Assembly: GCA_048940645.1 (NCBI GenBank)
Contig: JBHLOI010000037.1
Span: forward strand, 1-34,609
DNA length: 34,609 nt
Origin: Promethearchaeota archaeon
GTDB lineage: Archaea; Asgardarchaeota; Lokiarchaeia; Sigyniarchaeales; SOKP01
Direction: 5' to 3'
Shown here: in pieces, positions 10,189 through 18,976 of the stretch
How the letters are laid out: every line of letters begins with the position of its first letter
How positions within the stretch are numbered: position 1 is the first letter of the stretch
Notes under the pieces: model-generated
The model's database searches: none
The model's input: the letters and a program-made list of their open reading frames with translations, nothing else
What the model was told of the DNA's origin: nothing
Made by a program: the position numbers and the translations under genes

Positions 10189-11556
10189 TTTTAAAAAATT
10201 TTATTTTAGAAATCACTTATGCTTCATGAAAAATAATAAATTAAGCACATATTTTTTGGCTAAAAATATTTCCTATGAAATTCTTATTGAAGAACAGCTT
10301 CAACTTAAAAGTGAAGCTACACGGCGGGTATTAGAAAGATTTAGCAAAAAAAAGAGTTCACTGAAACTAAAATTTGTGTCATATAAAATTATAAATTCCA
10401 TAATTTTTGGAATATTACCGATTTTCCCATTAATAGCTTATTTGGAACTCACCAACTTTTTTGTAAGTGAATCAGTACATATTCAAATTGCTTTATTTAC
10501 AAAAAGTTTGATTTTCCAAATATTTTTTACTTTACAATTTTTAGACTTCTTTTTAATGGGCTTGTTCAGTTTAATAAATATTATGTCTGGAGAGATTTTT
10601 GAATGGTTTAAAACACTGCCTTTACCCAGAAATAAATTGAAAAAATTAGCTTTTTTTACTATTATCCATAACTTTGATTTACCAATTCTGGCAAATATAT
10701 TTGTATTTCCTCTAATAATGCTCTCCGCTACTCAAAATATAGTTATCTCTCTTATTTCACTTGGAACATCACTTCTGAATACTGTTTTTTCGATTACGCT
10801 ATTAATAATTCTAGGGGAAAAAATCGCTAAACGGATAAAGATACAGAATATAAAGGCTAAAAAATCGCTCTTATTTCAATTATTAAATACTTTGAGTTAT
10901 GCTTTAATTATATTTGGGAGTATCTTTATAATCCAGATGACTTTAAGTTCATTAATCAACATTATGATGACTTTATTGAATTTATATTATTCTCCGCTTT
11001 ATAACCTCATTTTAAGCTTAATACCATTTCCTTTTAATCCAAGCTATTTAATTTCATTATTTTCAAGCACATCTCCTATACCAGTTCAATTATGGCTTAA
11101 TAGCTTATTTGGTTTAGCGTTATATTTAATTTTGATTTATTTCCTTTACCGTAAAGCTCTGAAATCTCTTAACAATATCATATCATTAAAATACAAATTT
11201 AGTAAAAACAAATTGTTTGATAAAATTGATAAACTAAAAATTCGTATAAGGTCTGTAATTAAGGCTTTTATTCGAAAAGATTTATTAACGATCTCACGAA
11301 ATTTACAAACATTTATGGCGATCATCATGCCTGTAATTATGTCATTTGTGTTTATGACTTTTTTCAATATCAGTTTCATACGGGGTGAAGATTTACTAAG
11401 TGGAGATTTATATTATACTTGGATTACCTTATTAGGATTAAGCCCGGTTCTCTCTGCGATGATAGTTTATAACTTATTAAATATGGAGGCATCCGGGAAA
11501 ACGATAATGGGAACCCTCCCTATTGTAGTTCGTGATCATGCCAAGGCGAAATTAGT
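10189..11556 (+). repeat. Direct repeat copy B, apparently identical to 7077-8444
   Basis: Same comparison as copy A. Confidence 0.92.
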
Positions 11557-13063
11557 TATGATGATAATAATTCAAATTATTGCCACATTAGCTCCAGTTT
11601 TAGTATATGTATTACATTATAGAGTTATAGATTTATTAATAACTATTCTTACTACACTTCCATTTGTTTTGAATTTTTTAATGCTTACTTTCTTGTTAAG
11701 AGTCCGTCTGTTTGGAAAGAAGAGATATTTGTATGTTCTTGATGAAATGCGACCGGAAAATAAGATGAGTAAATGGATCTTAATTTTCTTCCTCAATTAT
11801 CTTACTTATTTCTTATTCGTGTTGATATCTAATTACTTATATTATAATTTTGATGTTCTCATGTCCCTCCTAATTTTATTTATTATATCCTTAAGTCTTA
11901 TGGCAATTTTAAAAGTAATCTTTGATAATTTTTTCCCAAAATCTAAAGCTCATACCACTTTAAAAGCTGAAAAACCTGAGATTAAAAAAATTCCTTCAAA
12001 AATAATTATCCAACGATTAGTTTATACGATTGCGTTTGTAATATACATTAATTTTTATTTTATTTCAATTTTTCTGTACCAAAATTTTAAAATCTCATTT
12101 TTACTTCTCATTATTGGAATTTTCTTAACCTTAACTAAAGTAGTATCAAAAAGAGTCAAAGAATATGCTACAAAGAATAAAAAATTATCCATAAAAAAAA
12201 GAGAAATACTAAAATATATCGTAAATTCATTTTTAAAACATTTTTTAATCTTTTTTGTATTAATTACCTTAATTTTCTTTTTCTACAATCAAATGTATGT
12301 TAGTCCTTTAACCCCCGAACCTGTTCAACAAATCATCTCTGATTGGAACCAACTTCCATTATGGGAACGTTATTTAATATATTTAAAAAATCTATTTACA
12401 GGTAATTGGGAATATTCAATCGCATATTTTGAAAATAGAGAAATTAAAGAACAATTATTTGAAGATGGGTCAGGAACTATTACATTATTAATCATACCTC
12501 TTTGTTTAAGACTGCTATTCGCCTTTAAAGATGGGTCCACACAAGATCATAAAAAAGATTGGAAAAAATATATTGGAAAAGCTTCGATACTAGCTTATGC
12601 TATTCCGAGCTTTCTTATCCTTTTGTTTTTACCATACTACTTAGGATTTGAGGTTTTTTCTCAATTGAATTATAGAAATTTAATAGCAATTTTAATTCTA
12701 TCGTTCTCTAGTTTAGGTAGAGTTGCTTTTATTCAAAGAAAAAATGAAATCTCTCCCATTGATCATATAAACTCTGCTTTAATACAACAGAAAATATATA
12801 AAACGAGGAATAAGTCCAGCTTTAAACCTTTAAAATCGTTAAGTTTTTCAAATATATTTACAATTTCCTTCCTTATAGGAGAAATTACAATTGTAGAAAA
12901 ATTATTATTTTTAAGAGGATGGGGTTTTTCCTTCCTTTTTGCTTTAAGTCGTAGCATGTATATTGAAATAACTACTATATTTTTTCTGTTCAGTTTACTC
13001 ATTGTTTCTATAAGTTTCATAGAGTCGCTTTTTAAATTATATCTTCAGGTAAAGATATCTTAA
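10226..13063 (+). CDS. Polytopic membrane protein, array copy 2 (ABC-2-like + degenerate DppB-like fusion)
   Basis: Paralogue of copy 1, with C-terminal LPLWERYLIYLKNLFTGNW and IVEKLLFLRGWG. Confidence 0.75.
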   Translation: MKNNKLSTYFLAKNISYEILIEEQLQLKSEATRRVLERFSKKKSSLKLKFVSYKIINSIIFGILPIFPLIAYLELTNFFVSESVHIQIALFTKSLIFQIFFTLQFLDFFLMGLFSLINIMSGEIFEWFKTLPLPRNKLKKLAFFTIIHNFDLPILANIFVFPLIMLSATQNIVISLISLGTSLLNTVFSITLLIILGEKIAKRIKIQNIKAKKSLLFQLLNTLSYALIIFGSIFIIQMTLSSLINIMMTLLNLYYSPLYNLILSLIPFPFNPSYLISLFSSTSPIPVQLWLNSLFGLALYLILIYFLYRKALKSLNNIISLKYKFSKNKLFDKIDKLKIRIRSVIKAFIRKDLLTISRNLQTFMAIIMPVIMSFVFMTFFNISFIRGEDLLSGDLYYTWITLLGLSPVLSAMIVYNLLNMEASGKTIMGTLPIVVRDHAKAKLVMMIIIQIIATLAPVLVYVLHYRVIDLLITILTTLPFVLNFLMLTFLLRVRLFGKKRYLYVLDEMRPENKMSKWILIFFLNYLTYFLFVLISNYLYYNFDVLMSLLILFIISLSLMAILKVIFDNFFPKSKAHTTLKAEKPEIKKIPSKIIIQRLVYTIAFVIYINFYFISIFLYQNFKISFLLLIIGIFLTLTKVVSKRVKEYATKNKKLSIKKREILKYIVNSFLKHFLIFFVLITLIFFFYNQMYVSPLTPEPVQQIISDWNQLPLWERYLIYLKNLFTGNWEYSIAYFENREIKEQLFEDGSGTITLLIIPLCLRLLFAFKDGSTQDHKKDWKKYIGKASILAYAIPSFLILLFLPYYLGFEVFSQLNYRNLIAILILSFSSLGRVAFIQRKNEISPIDHINSALIQQKIYKTRNKSSFKPLKSLSFSNIFTISFLIGEITIVEKLLFLRGWGFSFLFALSRSMYIEITTIFFLFSLLIVSISFIESLFKLYLQVKIS

Positions 13064-13223
13064 TATATTGAAATTAAGCATAACCCATTTCATTCATTTT
13101 TTCCTTGGAATGAGTGATCAGAATTTTGGACAAAATTATAAGAGATTACTATGATAAATTATATATTTTTCCTTCAATTAAGTCTTTTAAAATAATTTAT
13201 CTTTGTAATCAACTAAAACTTCA

Positions 13224-15386
13224 ATGAAAGATAATAAAATAAGCACATATGCTCTCGCTAAAAATATTTCATATGAAATTATTATAGAAGATCAACTTCA
13301 ACTTAAGAGTGAAGCAGCAAGCCGATTATTAGAAAGATATAGTAAAAGGAGAACTTCTCTTAAAGTAAAATTTCTCTCATATAAAATTATAAACGCAATA
13401 ATTTTCGGAATATTACCCATTTTTCCATTAATAGCGTATATGGACATTAGCCGTTTTCTAGTGGGTGTACCAGTACACAACCAAATTTCTATATTTATAA
13501 AAAGCTTAATTTTTGAAATATTTTTTACTCTACAATTTTTAGATTTCTTTTTAATGGGGATTTTTAATTTGATTGATATTATGTCTGGAGAAATTTTTGA
13601 ATGGTTTAAAACACTCCCTTTACCACGAAAAAAATTGAAAAGATTGGCATTTCTCACCATTTTCCATAATTTTGATTTACCAATTTTAGCAAACACTTTT
13701 GTATTTCCAATAATAATGCTTTTTCTTACACAAAATGTAATTTTATTTTTTATCGCTCTTGGAACTTCAATTTTGAACATTATTTTCTCAATTAGCGTAC
13801 TAATTATCCTAGGCGAAAAAATCGCTAAGTTGATACGAAGGCAGAATCTAAAGACTAAAAAGTCACTTTTAGTTCAAGTATTAAATACATTTAGTTATGT
13901 CATAATCATTTTTGGAAGTATCTTTATTATCCAAATGATTTTAAATTCATTGGTTACTATTCTCATCGCTAGTTTAAATTTATATCGTTCTCCACTTTAT
14001 AATGCTATTTTGAGCTTAATTCCATTTCCTTTTAATCCCAGCTATTTAATGTCAATATTTACCACTACTTCCCAAATAGACATTCCTTATTTGTTAAATC
14101 CCCTTTTTGGTTTTGGTTTGTATATAATTGTAATTTATGTTCTTTTTCGTAAAGCTCTGAAGTCACTTAATAATATAATATCATTAAAATATAAAGTAAA
14201 CAAGAGGAATTTATCAGATGAAAATAATAAGTCAAAAATTCGTATCACTTCAACAATTAAGGCGTTTCTTCGAAAGGATTTATTAATTGCATCAAGGAAC
14301 ATCCAAGCTTTTATGTCCTTTATTATACCAGTAATGATGTCATTTATTTTCATGATTTTTTTTAATATTAGTTATGCCGGTGGTGGAGATTTATTAAGTA
14401 GAGACTTGTATTACAATTGGATTATACTGCTAGGATTCAGCCTTGTGATTTCTGGCATGATAGTTTATAATTTATTCAATATGGAGGCTACTGGAAGAAC
14501 GATAACAGGCTCTTTACCTATTGTTTTTCGTGATCATGCCAAGGCTAAATTAATTATTATGATTTTAATTCAAATAATTGCCACATTAACCCCAGTTTTA
14601 GTATATGTATTTCATTACAGGTTTGTAGAGTTATTATTAACTGTTCTGGCTACATTGCCATTTGTTTTGAATTTTTTAATTTTAACATTCTTATTACGGG
14701 TCCGTTTATTTGGAAAGAGAAAATATTCTTATGTTCTTGAAGAAATTCTACCAGAAAATAAGGTAAGTAAATGGGTGTTAATTTTTGGTTTCGAATATTT
14801 TTTATATTACTTGATTCTTGCGACATCTAATTTTTTATATTTTAATAATAATTTCGTTGTTTTATTTCTAATTTTTTATATCATATCAGTAATTTTTACG
14901 GTAATTTTAATAAGTATTTTTAATAAGTTTTTTCCAAAATATAGCAAGGAAGAACCCCTAGTTAAGAAACCAGTATCAAAATTCTTTAAAAGGGTTCAAT
15001 TTACTGTATTTAGCTATATTATATACTTTTTTCCTTTTTTGATTTCTACATTAATTTTCAACTTTTTTGAAATTTCATTTTTTTTAGGAGGTTTATTCAT
15101 TTTGACTGGAGTTATCTTAATTCGTGAAGTCATAAAAAGTCCTAATAAAAAACATAAAAACAGATCCCACCAGATTAATTTAGAATATAAAAAACCAGAT
15201 GATGATACACGAGTATTGATTTTATTTATTCGTATATTATATTTTAATATATTTTTTAGTTTTATCTTAGTTTATGGCTTCTTTTTGGGAGGTTTATTTG
15301 TTTTAATCGGAATTATTTTAATTCTTGAAATTATATTCTCCTCTCTAAATAAAAATAAAAAAAATCCCCACCAGACTAATTTATGA
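13224..15386 (+). CDS. Polytopic membrane protein, array copy 3 (ABC-2-like; DppB-like domain deleted; ends at TGA)
   Basis: Paralogue with a duplicated 2-TM module at its end. The family C-terminus continues in frame after the TGA. Confidence 0.75.
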   Translation: MKDNKISTYALAKNISYEIIIEDQLQLKSEAASRLLERYSKRRTSLKVKFLSYKIINAIIFGILPIFPLIAYMDISRFLVGVPVHNQISIFIKSLIFEIFFTLQFLDFFLMGIFNLIDIMSGEIFEWFKTLPLPRKKLKRLAFLTIFHNFDLPILANTFVFPIIMLFLTQNVILFFIALGTSILNIIFSISVLIILGEKIAKLIRRQNLKTKKSLLVQVLNTFSYVIIIFGSIFIIQMILNSLVTILIASLNLYRSPLYNAILSLIPFPFNPSYLMSIFTTTSQIDIPYLLNPLFGFGLYIIVIYVLFRKALKSLNNIISLKYKVNKRNLSDENNKSKIRITSTIKAFLRKDLLIASRNIQAFMSFIIPVMMSFIFMIFFNISYAGGGDLLSRDLYYNWIILLGFSLVISGMIVYNLFNMEATGRTITGSLPIVFRDHAKAKLIIMILIQIIATLTPVLVYVFHYRFVELLLTVLATLPFVLNFLILTFLLRVRLFGKRKYSYVLEEILPENKVSKWVLIFGFEYFLYYLILATSNFLYFNNNFVVLFLIFYIISVIFTVILISIFNKFFPKYSKEEPLVKKPVSKFFKRVQFTVFSYIIYFFPFLISTLIFNFFEISFFLGGLFILTGVILIREVIKSPNKKHKNRSHQINLEYKKPDDDTRVLILFIRILYFNIFFSFILVYGFFLGGLFVLIGIILILEIIFSSLNKNKKNPHQTNL

Positions 15387-15488
15387 ATTAAAATTCTCTT
15401 TGGAAAGTTTTTATTTTCTAAAATCATTCTCTTTCTAAATTTCATACAATTGCTTTTTAAATTATATCTTCAGGTAAAGCTATCTTAA
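15387..15488 (+). pseudogene. In-frame C-terminal remnant of copy 3 beyond the TGA
   Basis: Reads IKILFGKFLFSKIILFLNFIQLLFKLYLQVKLS*, matching copy 1 FIQSLFKLYLQMKLS* and copy 2 FIESLFKLYLQVKIS*. Confidence 0.85.
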
Positions 15489-15541
15489 TATATTGAAATT
15501 GAACATAATCCCATTTCATCCATTTTTTTCCTTGGAATGAG

Positions 15542-15559
15542 TGTTCAGATTTTTGAACA
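15542..15559. promoter_or_regulatory. Inverted repeat TGTTCA-N6-TGAACA, possible operator upstream of copy 4
   Basis: Perfect 6-bp palindromic arms ~30 nt upstream of a TTATATA box. A degenerate version (TGATCA-N6-TGGACA) sits at the homologous site upstream of copy 3 (13115-13132). Confidence 0.3.
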
Positions 15560-15654
15560 TTAAATAAAAGGGATAACTATAATAAGTTATATATTTTTCC
15601 TTCAATTAAGTCTTTTAAAGTAATATATCTTTTTAATTAACTAATTTAACTTTA

Positions 15655-18600
15655 ATGAAAGATAATAAAATAAGCACATATGCTCTCGCTAAAAATATTT
15701 CATATGAAATTATTATAGAAGAAAAGCTTCAACTTAAAAGTGAAGCGACAAGCAGATTACTTGAAAAGTATAATAAAAAGAGAACTTCTCTTAAAGTAAG
15801 ATTTCTTTCATATAAAATCATAAATGCAATAATTTTCGGAATTTTACCTATTTTTCCATTAATGGCCTATTTGGATATTAGCCGTTTTCTGGTGGATGTG
15901 CCAGTACACCATCAAATTTCAATATTTATAAAAAGCTTAACTTTTGAGATTTTTTTTACTTTACAATTTTTAGATTTCTTTTTAATGGGGGTTTTTAATT
16001 TGATTAATATTATGTCTGGAGAAATATTTGAATGGTTTAAAACCCTCCCCTTACCCCGAAAAAAATTGAAAAGATTAGCTTTTATCACGATTTTTCATAA
16101 TTTTGATTTGCCAATTTTAGCAAACACGTTTGTATTTCCAATCATAATGCTTTTTGTTACACAAAATATAATTGTATTTTTTATTACTCTTGGAACTTCA
16201 ATCTTAAATAGTATTTTTTCAATTAGCGTACTTATTATACTAGGCGAAAAAATAGCTAAATTAATACGAAGGCAGAACATAAAGGCTAAAAAATCCCTAT
16301 TAATTCAAGTATTAAACACATTCAGTTATGCAATAATAATTTTTGGAAGTATCTTTATTATCCAGATGATTTTAAATTCATTGGTTACTATTCTCATTGC
16401 TAGTCTAAATTTGTATCGTTCTCCTTTTTATAATGCGATTTTGGGTTTAATTCCTTTTCCTTTTAATCCTAGTTATTTAATATCTATATTTACTACCACT
16501 TCCCAAATAGAAATGCCCTATTTGTTAAATCCTATTTTCGGTTTGGGTTTGTATTTAATTTTAATTTACTTTGTTCTTCATAAAGCCCTAAAATCACTTA
16601 ACAATATCATATCATTAAAATATAAAATAAACAAGAGAGATTTTTCAGATAAAAAAGACGGACCAAAAATTCATACAACTTCGAAAATTAAGGCTTTTAT
16701 TCGAAAGGATTTATTAATTGCTTCAAGGAATATCCAGACTTTTATGTCTTTTATTATGCCAATCGTCATGTCATTCGTTTTCATGATTTTTTTTAATATC
16801 AGTTATGCGGGTGGTGGAGACTTATTAAGTAGAGATTTATACTATAATTGGATTATATTACTAGGATTCAGTCTCGTCATTTCTGGTATAACGGTTTATA
16901 ATTTACTCAATATGGAGACTACTGGGAGAACAATAATAGGCGCCCTACCCATTGTTTATCGTGATCATGCCAAGGCTAAATTAATTATTATAATTTTAAT
17001 TCAAATTATTGCCACATTAGCTCCAGTTTTAGTATATGTATTACATTTTAGGTTTATAGAGCTATTATTAACAGTTCTGGCTACATTACCATTTGTTTTG
17101 ATTTTTTTAATTTTGACTTTCTTATTAAGGGTCCGCTTATTTGGAAAGAGAAAGTATTCTTATGTTCTTGAAGAAATTCTACCAGAAAATAAGACAAGTA
17201 AATGGATATTAATTTTTGGTTTCGAATATTTTCTATATTACTTAATTCTTGTAATATCTAACTTTTTATATTTTAGTAATAATTTCATTGGTTTATTCCT
17301 AATTTTATTTATTATAGCAGCAATTTTTACGGCAATTGTAATAAGTATTTTTAATAAATTCTTTCCGAAATTTAGAAAAAAAGAATCCTTGGTTAAGAAA
17401 CCAAAATCAAAATTCGTCAAGAAGTTCCTATTCATTATACTTAGCTACATCATATACTTCATTGCTTTCTCAATTTCCAATTTAATTTATAACTTTTTTG
17501 AACTTTCATTGTTATTAGGTGGATTATTCATTTTAACAGGAGTTATTTTAATTCTTGAAGTTATAAAATCTCCTAAAAAGAAATATAAAAAGAAATCTCA
17601 ACAGAGATTTAAAAAAGAAATCTCAACAGAGATTCTAAATTTAGAAGGTAGTAGGCACCTATTAATTACTTCCATTCGTGTAATATATGTAATTTCGTCC
17701 ATTTTTTTCATTTTAGTTTATGGTTTTTTTTTAGGAGGTTTATTAATTTTAACCGGAATTATTATAATTCTTGAACTTATAATATCCTCTTTAAATAAAA
17801 AGAAATCCATCCAAAATAATTCAAAAATTAAGAATCCTCCGAAAAAAAAAGTGGATATAGTACGCTATATAGTAAATTCTTTTTTAAAACATGTATTAAT
17901 CTTATTTGGGGTGTTATTCCTTAATTTTATCCTTCTTCGGAGTTTACCGGGAGAACCTCTTAGCTCTTATTTACCTGCTAGACCTGTTGCTGAGGAGTAT
18001 TGGAGTTTATATTATGAATTAGGATTTCATTTGCCATTATGGCAACAATTCTTCCTATATTTAGGAAGATTATTTACAGGTAATTGGGGAAATGCTATAA
18101 AGTATTCAGGAATTCCAGTTAAAGAACTCATACTTGAAAGAATATCCAACTATTTTATAATACTAATCATTCCAATTTCTATACTACTATTTTTCAAGAT
18201 TAGAACTTCATTTAAAGAAACTAATAAAAAAAGAATCTATAGAAAGTTGATTAGGGTTATCCTATTATTATTTTTTTCTATCCCTAGTTTTTTACTAGTG
18301 TTATTTATATATTTGTTAAGTAATGAGATTACAATTGAAGTATTTACCCAATTGATTATTATGACATCAATACTGTCTATATCATTGATAAGTAAACTGA
18401 CTTTTATGAAAAGAAGAGATATGCTTAATAATTATGATCCATCCAGTTATGCTATTAAAAAAAAGAAAAGTTTCTTAAATTCTTCAGGTTTCCTTATTAC
18501 TTCAATTTTAATTTCGGAAATGATATTAATAGAAGCTGTATTAAATCTGCAAGGATTAGGTCCCCTTTTTGTGGAAGCCATATGCGTGAGAGACATATTT

Positions 18601-18762
18601 CTAATAGAAGGCATACTTTTTATCTTTACTCTAACCATAGTCTCTGTAAGCTTTCTGCAATCACTTTTAAAATTATATTTTCATATAAAAAACATTAAAA
18701 ATTCTGAATTCAATAAGCTATTGAAAACCAAATCAACCTTAAAGGGCATTCCCATTCATTAA
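15655..18762 (+). CDS. Polytopic membrane protein, array copy 4 (ABC-2-like + duplicated 2-TM module + best-preserved DppB-like domain)
   Basis: LLRSLPGEP...ELGFHLPLWQQFFLYLGRLFTGNWG...PVKELILERI and LIEAVLNLQGLGPLFVEAICVRDIFLIEG match the DppB/OppB consensus. Confidence 0.8.
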   Translation: MKDNKISTYALAKNISYEIIIEEKLQLKSEATSRLLEKYNKKRTSLKVRFLSYKIINAIIFGILPIFPLMAYLDISRFLVDVPVHHQISIFIKSLTFEIFFTLQFLDFFLMGVFNLINIMSGEIFEWFKTLPLPRKKLKRLAFITIFHNFDLPILANTFVFPIIMLFVTQNIIVFFITLGTSILNSIFSISVLIILGEKIAKLIRRQNIKAKKSLLIQVLNTFSYAIIIFGSIFIIQMILNSLVTILIASLNLYRSPFYNAILGLIPFPFNPSYLISIFTTTSQIEMPYLLNPIFGLGLYLILIYFVLHKALKSLNNIISLKYKINKRDFSDKKDGPKIHTTSKIKAFIRKDLLIASRNIQTFMSFIMPIVMSFVFMIFFNISYAGGGDLLSRDLYYNWIILLGFSLVISGITVYNLLNMETTGRTIIGALPIVYRDHAKAKLIIIILIQIIATLAPVLVYVLHFRFIELLLTVLATLPFVLIFLILTFLLRVRLFGKRKYSYVLEEILPENKTSKWILIFGFEYFLYYLILVISNFLYFSNNFIGLFLILFIIAAIFTAIVISIFNKFFPKFRKKESLVKKPKSKFVKKFLFIILSYIIYFIAFSISNLIYNFFELSLLLGGLFILTGVILILEVIKSPKKKYKKKSQQRFKKEISTEILNLEGSRHLLITSIRVIYVISSIFFILVYGFFLGGLLILTGIIIILELIISSLNKKKSIQNNSKIKNPPKKKVDIVRYIVNSFLKHVLILFGVLFLNFILLRSLPGEPLSSYLPARPVAEEYWSLYYELGFHLPLWQQFFLYLGRLFTGNWGNAIKYSGIPVKELILERISNYFIILIIPISILLFFKIRTSFKETNKKRIYRKLIRVILLLFFSIPSFLLVLFIYLLSNEITIEVFTQLIIMTSILSISLISKLTFMKRRDMLNNYDPSSYAIKKKKSFLNSSGFLITSILISEMILIEAVLNLQGLGPLFVEAICVRDIFLIEGILFIFTLTIVSVSFLQSLLKLYFHIKNIKNSEFNKLLKTKSTLKGIPIH

Positions 18763-18780
18763 TCCATAGCAAAAAGTCAA

Positions 18781-18840
18781 TTTTTAATCTTTTTTATTGC
18801 CTTACTTTTAATCTAAGAAGATTATTCACGGGTAATTGGG
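18781..18840 (+). pseudogene. Decayed fragment of a further DppB-like module
   Basis: FLIFFIALLLI followed by frameshifted NLRRLFTGNW. 18813-18840 matches 18061-18088 at 24/28 nt. Confidence 0.65.
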
Positions 18841-18976
18841 TAATTAGGGATATAACAGATTGCCTTATAATGCACCTACTAAAAATTGAAAATGTAACTT
18901 TGATTGACAATGAATTTTTTAAGTTATAAAATCGAAATTTTATTATATAAATTAATAAGTTGAGTGGAGAAAATTA

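Noticed and set aside
15384-15386. Selenocysteine recoding of the in-frame TGA in copy 3
   Set aside because: It does not align to a Cys or redox motif, lies in a variable Lys-rich loop, and has no convincing SECIS-like stem downstream. A premature stop is more parsimonious.
7114-18762. Diversity-generating retroelement as the cause of paralogue variation
   Set aside because: There is no reverse transcriptase in the window, the differences are not adenine-specific, and no TR/VR pair is visible.
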